From: an uncultured Synergistaceae bacterium | GTDB taxonomy: Bacteria; Synergistota; Synergistia; Synergistales; Dethiosulfovibrionaceae | Reading direction: 5' to 3' | NCBI GenBank assembly: GCA_964499295.1 | Contig: CAZCKP010000001.1 | Location: 1 to 48,190, forward strand | Length of the DNA stretch: 48,190 bases | Shown: positions 8,534 through 16,411 of the stretch, one piece after another | Numbering within the stretch: the stretch's first letter is position 1 | How the letters are laid out: each line of letters opens with the position of its first letter | Program-made: the position numbers and the translations under genes | The notes under the pieces: model-generated | What the model was told of the DNA's origin: nothing | Database searches by the model: none | The model's input: the letters and a program-made list of their open reading frames with translations, nothing else

Positions 8534-10339
8534 CTATCCCCCGATATGGGAGATCACAGGGATCACGCAGGAGGACGAGTGGATGTACTTGCGGAGCAAT
8601 TCCTTGCAGCGCAGGGCAATCTGGCGCTTCAGCGCCTCGTCGGACTCCCAGGGCCCCCGCCGGACGGTGCGCCGCACCACCTCGGTGAACTCTCGGCGCA
8701 TGGTCTCTGCGTTTTCCAGGTGGATCTGGCCGTAGCTCTCGAAGTGGGGATCGCAGGCCAGCTTGCCCTGGCCGTCCAGGGCAATGCTGACCACCATGAC
8801 ACCGCTCTCGGCCAGTTCCTGCCGCTCTTTGAGGAGGGAGCCCTCGGTGGTCCCCAGGGCCAACCCATCCACCAGTACAGCACCAGCGGGCACCCGGCCC
8901 CGGAGATGGACGCCCTGGTTGGTAATGGACAGCACGTCACCGTTTTGCATCAAAAAAATGTCCTTTGATGGCACCCCCACGGCTTCGGCCAGCTGGGCGT
9001 GGCGGACCAACATGCGGTACTCGCCGTGAACCGGCACGAAATACCGGGGCCGGACTATGTCCAGCAACACCTTCAGCTCCTCCCGGGAGGCGTGGCCCGA
9101 GACGTGGAGGCCCTGTTCCCTCTCGTAGAGAACCTCGCAGCCCAGCTCGAAAAGCCGGTTGATGGTGCTGCTGACGGTCTTCTCGTTGCCAGGAATGGGG
9201 TTGGCGAAGAGGGCCACCACGTCCTTGGCCCCCAGCCGGACCCGGTGGTGTTCGCCCTTGCTCATCAGCACCAAACCGGAAAAGGGCTCGCCCTGGCTGC
9301 CGGTGGTCATCACGATCAGCCGAGCCGGCGGATGGGAGTCGATTTCCTGGATGGGAATGACGATGCCCGGCTCCGCCGAAAGATAGCCCAATCGAAGGGC
9401 CAGGTCTACGTTGCTGACCATACTCCGGCCGGCGAAAGCCACCTTGCGATTGAACCGCGCGGCGGCGTCCAGCACCAGCTGGACCCGGTTGAGGTTGCTG
9501 GCAAAGGCCGAGATGATCACCCGGCGGTTTCTGTAGGTCCGTAGCAGCCGGTCCAGAGGCCCCACCAGGGTCCGCTCCGACTTGGTGAAGCCCTCTCGCT
9601 CGGCGTTGGTGGAGTCGGCACAGAGCAACAACACCCCCTGGCGGCCCAGCTCGGCGAAGGCGGCGTAATCGGTGCCCCGGCCGTCCACCGGCGTGGTGTC
9701 CAGCTTGTAATCGCCGGTGTGGATCACCGTGCCCAGAGGCGTCTCCACCGCCATGGCCACGGCGTCGGGTATGGAGTGGCAGACAGCTATGAACCGCACT
9801 GAAAAGGCGCCCAGTTGCACCCGGTCGCCGGCTTGGACCTCCATCATCTTGGGTTTGTACCGCGGATGGGACTCCGCCAGCTTGGCCCCCACCATGGCTA
9901 GAGTCAACCTGGTGCCGTAAAGGGGCACGTCGTACTTGGGCAACACGAAGGGCAGGGCACCGACGTGGTCCTCGTGGCCGTGGGTCAGCAGGATGGCCCG
10001 GATCTTGTGGCGATTCTCGTCGAGGTAGGTCGTATCGGGGATGACGAAGTCGATGCCCAACATGTCCTCGTTGGGGAACATGAGACCACTGTCGATGACG
10101 ATCATATCGTCACCGTACTCCAGGACATACATGTTCTTGCCGATCTCACCCAGCCCTCCCAGGGGGATGAACTTCAGCGTCGGCTGCGATGGCTTGGAGG
10201 GGGAGCCTTTTTTAAGGACAGACCGTTGTTTGGCCGCCGAGGCCCTGGCGCCCCGGAGCCGCGGCGACAACTTCTTCTGGGCCGGAGCTCCCTGTTGGCC
10301 CTTGGGGCCCTCGGAATCGTGAAAGGACTTTTTTTCCAT
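8534..10339 (-). CDS. rnj: Ribonuclease J with ~55-aa basic N-terminal extension
   Basis: 601-aa ORF with the metallo-beta-lactamase motif LLTHGHEDHVGALP, an IPLGGLGEIGKNMYV start to the core, and beta-CASP plus C-terminal domains. GAGGAG lies 4 nt before the ATG. Confidence 0.9.
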   Translation of the reverse strand: MEKKSFHDSEGPKGQQGAPAQKKLSPRLRGARASAAKQRSVLKKGSPSKPSQPTLKFIPLGGLGEIGKNMYVLEYGDDMIVIDSGLMFPNEDMLGIDFVIPDTTYLDENRHKIRAILLTHGHEDHVGALPFVLPKYDVPLYGTRLTLAMVGAKLAESHPRYKPKMMEVQAGDRVQLGAFSVRFIAVCHSIPDAVAMAVETPLGTVIHTGDYKLDTTPVDGRGTDYAAFAELGRQGVLLLCADSTNAEREGFTKSERTLVGPLDRLLRTYRNRRVIISAFASNLNRVQLVLDAAARFNRKVAFAGRSMVSNVDLALRLGYLSAEPGIVIPIQEIDSHPPARLIVMTTGSQGEPFSGLVLMSKGEHHRVRLGAKDVVALFANPIPGNEKTVSSTINRLFELGCEVLYEREQGLHVSGHASREELKVLLDIVRPRYFVPVHGEYRMLVRHAQLAEAVGVPSKDIFLMQNGDVLSITNQGVHLRGRVPAGAVLVDGLALGTTEGSLLKERQELAESGVMVVSIALDGQGKLACDPHFESYGQIHLENAETMRREFTEVVRRTVRRGPWESDEALKRQIALRCKELLRKYIHSSSCVIPVISHIGG

Positions 10340-10400
10340 GGTACTCCTCTATTCGTTCTCTAGTATAATCGGCAGAGAGCTCCCCAGGCAATCTCTTGAT

Positions 10401-10429
10401 TTGCCAGGGAATGGCCCCTCTGCTAAAAT
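10401..10429 (+). promoter_or_regulatory. Candidate sigma70-type promoter of greA
   Basis: TTGCCA (10401-10406), 17-nt spacer, TAAAAT (10424-10429), about 70 nt upstream of the greA GTG. Confidence 0.45.
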
Positions 10430-10499
10430 TCGCTTTTAAAGCGGCCCCGGCGGGAAGGGCCATCTCACCGACACTATCCAGTAATCGGAGGTTTTTAAC

Positions 10500-10994
10500 G
10501 TGGCTGACCACAAGCGCAACGACGAAGTGATCCTCATGACCCAGGAGGGCTACGACAAGCTCAACAACGAGCTGAAGCAGCTCCGCAGCGAGGAACGCTA
10601 TAAGATCGCCCATCGCATCGAGGAGGCCCGCTCCTTCGGCGACCTCAGCGAGAACGCCGAGTACGCCGCCGCCAAGGACGACCAGGCCAAGCTGGAGGGC
10701 AAAATTCAGACCCTGGAATACCAGCTCAGCCGCGCCAAGGTCATCGACTCGGCTACCCTGGACGGCTCCCACGTGGCCGTGGGCACCACGGTGACCATCA
10801 TGGACATCACCCACAACAAGGAGTTCGTCTATGCCATCGTGGGCTCCGAGGAGTCGGACCCCAAAAACGGCCGCATCTCCTCGATCAGCCCTGTAGGGCG
10901 GGCCCTGATGAACCGCAGAGTCAACGAGGAAGTGCTGGTCAAGGTGCCCATGGGGACCCGAAAGCTCAAGGTCCTGCGCATCGAGGTACTGTGA
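10500..10994 (+). CDS. greA: Transcription elongation factor GreA
   Basis: 164-aa ORF with a GTG start after GGAGG. Contains LTQEGYDKLNNELKQL, ...FGDLSENAEYAAAKDDQ and a C-terminal FKBP-like domain. Confidence 0.93.
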   Translation: MADHKRNDEVILMTQEGYDKLNNELKQLRSEERYKIAHRIEEARSFGDLSENAEYAAAKDDQAKLEGKIQTLEYQLSRAKVIDSATLDGSHVAVGTTVTIMDITHNKEFVYAIVGSEESDPKNGRISSISPVGRALMNRRVNEEVLVKVPMGTRKLKVLRIEVL

Positions 10995-11030
10995 CGGCCT
11001 CGCCCATAGCCCCAATCGGTCCCTAAAGAA

Positions 11031-11064
11031 AGGCCCCGTCCCCAAAAGACGAGGCCTTTTTTTC
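11031..11064 (+). terminator. Rho-independent terminator between convergent greA and lptD-like gene
   Basis: AGGCCCCGTC / GACGAGGCCT stem with one mismatch, followed by TTTTTTT. An A-run precedes it (AAAGAAA), so it could act in both directions. Confidence 0.7.
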
Positions 11065-11089
11065 TGCGGAAACCTCTCGGTGGATTCCC

Positions 11090-13021
11090 TTATTCTACCC
11101 TATAGCTGGGCTGAAGGGGCTCGGAGGTCATGACATCCTGGGTCAGTATTTCTGCGTAAGACGAACTCTGGGGCGCCTGGAAGGGGTTGGCACCAAAGCT
11201 GTTTTCCACCATACTGGGCGTCCCCGCGGTACCGGGGCCGTTGTAGATCCTGATCTCTCCCAGTTCCTCCAAAGCCTCAGCCTCCTGCTCCATCTGGGTC
11301 ACCCGACGGGGCCGACGGACCGGCAAGCCACCGGGGCGTCCGAAGGGGTTGCTCAGATACTTGTCACCGATACGCACCGCCGTTCCCGGGAAGGCGGTGA
11401 GCTCGAAGGACAGAGAATACCAATCGTCGTCGGTGCCGCTTAGATCGTCCTTGACGGTAAAGATCCAGCGGCTGCAACAGTTGTTGTCGTAGGTCAGGAT
11501 GTAACCCAACTCGTAGAGGTCCCGGCTTTTGGCGTTGGGGGACATGTCGACGATAGCCTGAACCTGGAGGGTCCAGTTGGGAGCCAGGCGAAAACCCACC
11601 CTCTGGTACAGCGAATCGGAATCGGAGTAGCTGTCCCAACCGCGGCTGAAGGCCGACCTTCCCGAGATCCGCCGCTGCTGGAGAGCAGTGCCCATCTCGA
11701 AGTCCCCCGAGGAGAACTTGACGCCCAGGGTGCCCACTGAGATCTTCTGATTGCTGTCACTGCTGTCGTCGTAGCTGTAGTCCCAGAACTGGCCGTTGAA
11801 GAAGGGCACCACGTCCCAGGATCCCAGATGCATGGCGTACTCGGTGTAGTACTGCAGTCCCCAGCCCTGGCGCTCGGTCCAATCGGTTTGCACCTGGGTG
11901 CCCGTCTCCTGAAAGCGTCCCCAACTGCCCCTGGCCCGAAGGTACTGGGAGAAGGAGCCGGTGTGGACGGCCATCCAGGGGGAGTTCAACTGGATTTCGG
12001 GGGCCCGCCACAGCGTAGTCTCGTAGGCCTCGGTGCCGGGCCGCTTGGTCACCGACAGCTGCTCCCTCTGGCTCCAGTGGACCTTCATGGTCCATCCGGC
12101 ATAGGCCATGTTGGCGCCCCAGAAAGGCCGAGACTCGATGGTCTCCGAGTCTGGATCGTAGACGTGGTCGTCGCCCAGGTACACCGAAAGCCAAGGCGTC
12201 AGGGTCTGCTCGATCTTGACCTGCCATTCAAAGCCGGTGGACCAATAGCCTACGCTCAGATCGATATGGCCATTTCGCCAAAACAGCGTCCCCTGGCTGA
12301 CAATGCCCAGCTCCTTGTCGCTGTCGTAGCCCAACATAGGCATGAAGTTTAGGTTCCGGCGGCTGGCTCGGGCCACGTAGTCAAAGGGATAGGTGAACAG
12401 ATAGGCCCCTCCTAGGTAGACCCGAGGGGTCTTGGCGATGACCCACTTTCCGGGAACCACCACCATGTGCTTAGACGTCAGTAGGTAATGCTGATCCTCG
12501 GAGAGCTTGCAGGTGGTGAATTTGGAGCTCTCCCAGCGCATCACCATGCTGTCGGGCGACGAGGAGGCGATGTACCTGCCCCGGAGCCACTGGTCGGAGT
12601 GGGCCTGCTGGGCCGTGGTTATCTGGACCCGTTCGGCCTCGATATAGGTGGCTCCCCGGCCCGAGGGCGCCATCGCCGAGGGAAGGGTCATGAAGCCGCT
12701 ACGGCTGTGGAGGTTGTACTCCAGATAATCGCCGACCACGGTATTGCCCTCGCTGGTCAATACCACCGACGCACCAGGCAAGGCGTAGGCCCGCACCAGG
12801 CCGCTGTCGGTCTCTATCAGGACCTTGTCAGCTCGGGCCTCCATGGCGCCGTAACGAAAGATCACTTCCCCATCGGCTACAGCCACGCCCATCCGCTCGA
12901 TGTACTGGATGTTCAGGGCGTCCAGCACCGCCTCCTGGTCGCTCTCTGCGGCCCACGCTGGGGCGAGCCAGAGCAGCCACAGCACGGCGCCGAGGCACAG
13001 GAGGGCTTTGTTGGGCTTCAT
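11090..13021 (-). CDS. lptD: LptD/OstA-family outer-membrane LPS-assembly protein (putative)
   Basis: Track ORF 11090..13654 trimmed to Met212, which forms an ATGA overlap with the upstream gene stop. Signal peptide MKPNKALLCLGAVLWLLWLAPAWA. OstA/LptA-like N-terminal domain (ADGEVIFRYGAMEARADKVLIETDSGLVRAYALPGASVVL...VVGDYLEYNL). This is followed by a long aromatic/Gly-rich region consistent with a beta-barrel. Confidence 0.6.
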   Translation of the reverse strand: MKPNKALLCLGAVLWLLWLAPAWAAESDQEAVLDALNIQYIERMGVAVADGEVIFRYGAMEARADKVLIETDSGLVRAYALPGASVVLTSEGNTVVGDYLEYNLHSRSGFMTLPSAMAPSGRGATYIEAERVQITTAQQAHSDQWLRGRYIASSSPDSMVMRWESSKFTTCKLSEDQHYLLTSKHMVVVPGKWVIAKTPRVYLGGAYLFTYPFDYVARASRRNLNFMPMLGYDSDKELGIVSQGTLFWRNGHIDLSVGYWSTGFEWQVKIEQTLTPWLSVYLGDDHVYDPDSETIESRPFWGANMAYAGWTMKVHWSQREQLSVTKRPGTEAYETTLWRAPEIQLNSPWMAVHTGSFSQYLRARGSWGRFQETGTQVQTDWTERQGWGLQYYTEYAMHLGSWDVVPFFNGQFWDYSYDDSSDSNQKISVGTLGVKFSSGDFEMGTALQQRRISGRSAFSRGWDSYSDSDSLYQRVGFRLAPNWTLQVQAIVDMSPNAKSRDLYELGYILTYDNNCCSRWIFTVKDDLSGTDDDWYSLSFELTAFPGTAVRIGDKYLSNPFGRPGGLPVRRPRRVTQMEQEAEALEELGEIRIYNGPGTAGTPSMVENSFGANPFQAPQSSSYAEILTQDVMTSEPLQPSYRVE

Positions 13022-13566
13022 TGGTCGCTCCACCATCGCAGGGTTCCACCTTCGACTCGAACTTGGCGCTGGGACCTCATCTCGGCCCGATCGCCTACCA
13101 ACGCGAAGGTATCGCCTCGGACGACGATGCCCTCGGGAAAAATCCAGAGGTCCTCTCGCTGCCTCCAAAGGGCGCGAGGCCCCTCCCAGGTAAAGGGATG
13201 GATCTCTCGAATCCAGTCGCCCTTGGGCTGGTCCAGCTCCAGTTCCTTGACCTCGGGGAGGTACCGTCCTACGGGGGCCCAGAGGTTTCGGACGCCGTCG
13301 GGACCCGTCAAATCCGAGACGATGCCCTCCATACGGTCCTCCTGGCTGTAGCGCTGTACCTTCACCGCGGTGATGTGCCAGAGCTTGTCGCCTACGGAAC
13401 GGGTCATCTCCAGGTCCTCCACTTCCACGGGAACCTCCGTCATGGCCTCGGGCGGCAGTTCGCTCAGAGTCAGATCCCGGCGCATGTTCCAGAAAAACAG
13501 GACCACAAAAACCACCGTCACAGCTGAAGCCAGGACATAAGGCCTTCGCCACCACATGGCTGCCAT
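13018..13566 (-). CDS. LptC-like membrane-anchored periplasmic protein (putative); start uncertain (13557, 13566 or 13641)
   Basis: Track ORF 13018..13641. It has an N-terminal TM (WWRRPYVLASAVTVVFVVLFFW) and then a ~150-aa beta-rich domain ending ...FALVGDRAEMRSQRQVRVEGGTLRW, reminiscent of the LptC/LptA fold. AAAGGA lies 8 nt before the second ATG. It is translationally coupled to the lptD-like gene. Confidence 0.45.
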   Translation of the reverse strand: MAAMWWRRPYVLASAVTVVFVVLFFWNMRRDLTLSELPPEAMTEVPVEVEDLEMTRSVGDKLWHITAVKVQRYSQEDRMEGIVSDLTGPDGVRNLWAPVGRYLPEVKELELDQPKGDWIREIHPFTWEGPRALWRQREDLWIFPEGIVVRGDTFALVGDRAEMRSQRQVRVEGGTLRWWSDQ

Positions 13567-13650
13567 CCTTTCGGGCACCCCTTCCAGATCGACGATGTCG
13601 AGACGGAAGGGGCGCTGAACCCTTCGAGATCGGAGAAGCACCCCCGACTC

Positions 13651-14670
13651 TCACAAGCTGTCGATGGCGCTTCGGCGAGAGGCGTTTTCGGCTGCGGGAG
13701 CCTCCTGGGTATTCTCCGGCAGCGCTAGGGGCTGCAGCATCGACCGAAGGCCCTCCGGCACGGGATAGGCCAAGATGGTCACGGCCTCCTGGGTCTCGGC
13801 GTAGACAACAGTCCCGGCGGGGACCTCTCGGGCGTCGCCGCGGATGAAAAACCCGCCCACCAACCCTAGAGGACCGAAGGCCACAGCACCAGCCACGCTG
13901 GCCCCAGCGGCGGCTACGTAGCTCATCTCTATCCTATTAGCTTCCTCGACGTTGCGCCCCATGGCTAAGGACAGGGCCCCCGGGCCCAGGGGATAGGCAG
14001 CGTCGGCCGAGATCTTGATCTCCGAGGGCCGCCCAAAGGAGCTGGGACGACGGACCGACGTGACGATGCCCGAGGCGGTGCTCCCCCGACTGACCACCAG
14101 ATGGGAGCCCAGCACCAGGTCGTTGGTCACGGCGAAGCGGATGGGATCGCCCCGGCGGTTCCGGGAGGGCGACAGGGTGTCCTGTAGCTCCAGTCGGAGC
14201 ACCGTCCCCTGGGGCACCGTCACTGGCTCCCAGTTCACCACGTCGGAGACCACCAGCGAGAGCAACCGCTCCACCCGCATGGCCAGGGGGCGATCGGTCA
14301 AGGACGATCCCTCGAGTCGTTCCTCTAGCACCGGAACCCGCCGAACCAGGGGCTCCAGGGCGCCGTTTCGCTGGCCCAGGACCCACTCGGCCACGCCCAA
14401 CTTGAACAGCAGCGACGGCTGGCCGTTGGCGCCGCTCTCTAAAAAATCGATCAGCGCCGCCTGGCGCTCGGCCAGGCTTCCGGGAAGCTCTCGGCCGAAA
14501 AGGTCCTTCTCCACCGTGTTCAGCCGGGCCAGCATGCCCCCAGCGCGAACCTCCCCATAGAGGATCGATTCCAGGTGATCCACCTGTTGATATAGCAGCA
14601 ACTCATCGTCGCCCCGGGCAGCGGTGAAGGCCACCACCAGGATCGCCAGTGCGAGAAAAATTTTCTTCAT
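13651..14670 (-). CDS. Secreted protein of unknown function
   Basis: 339-aa ORF with a clear signal peptide (MKKIFLALAILVVAFTAARG) and GC3-rich codons. The N-terminal half has repeated L-x2-R-(L/V)-x2-(L/V)-E-x2-L-x-G helical motifs. The C-terminal half is beta-rich (VPQGTVLRLELQDTLSPSRNRRGDPIRFAV...SRGSTASGIVTSVRR). No family recognised. Confidence 0.6.
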   Translation of the reverse strand: MKKIFLALAILVVAFTAARGDDELLLYQQVDHLESILYGEVRAGGMLARLNTVEKDLFGRELPGSLAERQAALIDFLESGANGQPSLLFKLGVAEWVLGQRNGALEPLVRRVPVLEERLEGSSLTDRPLAMRVERLLSLVVSDVVNWEPVTVPQGTVLRLELQDTLSPSRNRRGDPIRFAVTNDLVLGSHLVVSRGSTASGIVTSVRRPSSFGRPSEIKISADAAYPLGPGALSLAMGRNVEEANRIEMSYVAAAGASVAGAVAFGPLGLVGGFFIRGDAREVPAGTVVYAETQEAVTILAYPVPEGLRSMLQPLALPENTQEAPAAENASRRSAIDSL

Positions 14671-14684
14671 GGCTCAAGCCTCCT

Positions 14685-16217
14685 TCAGCGCAGATATTGC
14701 ATGGGGTTGGCCGGCTTATTGCTCGACCGGACCTCAAAGTGCAGGTGCGGTCCAGTGGTGCGGCCACTGGAGCCCACGTGGGCTATGATGGACCCCTGAG
14801 AGACCCTTTGTCCCTTGCTCACCAGCAGCTTCTGGGCGTGAGCATAGAGGGTGGTGTGGTTTCCGTCATGGCGGATGATCACCGTTCGGCCATAGCCGTT
14901 CATCCATCCTGCGAAGATGACCTGGCCAGCCTGGGCAGCCTTGATGGGGGTATGGCGGCTGGCCTTGATGTCGATGCCGGAGTGGAAGGAACGGGTCTTG
15001 CCGATGGGATGGTTACGCCAACCAAAGGGGCTGTTGATGCGCCCCACCACGGGCCATTGGAAGTGAATCGAGGCGTTGCCCCGGGCCACCGAGGGAGCCC
15101 GTCCTGAAGCTCCGCCGCCGGCGGAGTTGCGCCGATAGGCAGCGATGGCCTGGCTGGCACCGGGGATGAACAGCTCTTGGCCCACCTGCAGGACATCACC
15201 GGCGTCCATGCCGTTGGCCGCGAAGATGGCCGACTCGGTGACACCGTAGTCCTTGGCCAGCAACGACACCGACTGTCCCTTGGCCACCCGGACGCTGAGG
15301 CCATCCTGGTTAGGAATACGCAACTTGGTTCCCGGCGTGAGCACGTCGGGGTTTTTCAGGGCGTTGCAGCCGTAGATGCTGTCCAACATCAGGTCGTAGG
15401 CGTTGGCAATGGCCCAGAGGCTGTCGCCGGGCTTGACCACGTATTCCTGGTAGGAAATCCGATCAGAGCGGTTTTTAGCGGCCTCGGCCTCGGTCTTGCC
15501 CTTACGCTGATACAGCTTCTCCATCACCGCGTCAAGGTCGCCCTCGGTGCGAGGGATCAACAACACCTGCCCCAAAGTGAGCCTATCGGTGTTGGCGATG
15601 CCGTTGGCCTGACAGATGGTAGTGGTGAGGATACCGTACTTCTGGGAGATATCGACCAACAGCTCACCGGCGGCTACGGTGTGCTCGATCCAGGGCTCCC
15701 GCTCGATCTCGTCGTCCTGGCTCCCGATACCCTGAAGCATGGCCTCCAGGGCGTCCACCTTCATCAGCAAAAGCTTCGTTTCCGGCAGGACCGCGTTGAT
15801 CCTGGCGACGCCGGCAGACTGCGGAGGCACCGAAAGATCCAAGACATCGCCCTCCCAGGGAGCTCCACGCTGGACCGTTGCGCCCAGCAGCGCCTCCTCC
15901 AGGACCACCTCGTCCAGCACCAAGCCGCTGTCCTCGTAGCGAGGCGCCGGCAGGGATACCGCCGAGGGAAGGGTGAGCTCCTCCAGGATCACTTCGTTCT
16001 TGGGGACCGTGGCCCCGTAGGCTTCGGATTGAGGCAGCCGCCAGAACCTGGAGGTCTGGCCGTCCTGCAACTCCAGCCGAGCCGGCGTGGCGCCCAGACG
16101 AACCGCCGCGGTGCCGCAGCACAGGGACAGGCAGGTCATCGACGACATGAGCAGCCAAAAACCTCTATGTCTATGGGAGGAGTTGATCCGTCGCTGGAAG
16201 GTCGATCGGTTGTTCAC
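14685..16217 (-). CDS. LysM-domain M23 family metallopeptidase (NlpD/EnvC-like murein hydrolase or activator)
   Basis: 510-aa ORF with three LysM repeats (HTVAAGELLVDISQKYG..., YVVKPGDSLWAIANAY..., VRVAKGQSVSLLAKDYG...). The C-terminal M23 domain contains HSGIDIKA...GYGRTVIIRH...LYAHAQ...GSSGRTTGPHLHFEV. Confidence 0.85.
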   Translation of the reverse strand: MNNRSTFQRRINSSHRHRGFWLLMSSMTCLSLCCGTAAVRLGATPARLELQDGQTSRFWRLPQSEAYGATVPKNEVILEELTLPSAVSLPAPRYEDSGLVLDEVVLEEALLGATVQRGAPWEGDVLDLSVPPQSAGVARINAVLPETKLLLMKVDALEAMLQGIGSQDDEIEREPWIEHTVAAGELLVDISQKYGILTTTICQANGIANTDRLTLGQVLLIPRTEGDLDAVMEKLYQRKGKTEAEAAKNRSDRISYQEYVVKPGDSLWAIANAYDLMLDSIYGCNALKNPDVLTPGTKLRIPNQDGLSVRVAKGQSVSLLAKDYGVTESAIFAANGMDAGDVLQVGQELFIPGASQAIAAYRRNSAGGGASGRAPSVARGNASIHFQWPVVGRINSPFGWRNHPIGKTRSFHSGIDIKASRHTPIKAAQAGQVIFAGWMNGYGRTVIIRHDGNHTTLYAHAQKLLVSKGQRVSQGSIIAHVGSSGRTTGPHLHFEVRSSNKPANPMQYLR

Positions 16218-16411
16218 AGGCTTTCACCACTCCTTAGTATAAGCACCAAGAAGCGCCGCTCCATCTAGAAGAGGCGCGAAGGGATCCCTCGAATTACTTT
16301 CAAGGCAGCCTCCGAGGGAGAAAAATCCTCGGGGCTAGCCACTCTATTATACCGAAAGAGCCGACAAATAACAGGCTCTCCCTCCAAAAGATCGGTTGAC
16401 AGGGTCTGGGC

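Noticed and set aside
13022-13654. N-terminal 211 codons of the 854-aa track ORF (11090..13654)
   Set aside because: This part is R/G/P-rich, typical of an off-frame GC-rich reading. It fully overlaps the better lptC-like ORF in another frame. A canonical signal peptide begins at Met212 with an ATGA coupling to the upstream stop.
15177-16268. 363-aa ORF antisense to the LysM/M23 peptidase gene
   Set aside because: Same reasoning: the opposite strand encodes three LysM repeats and a complete M23 domain.
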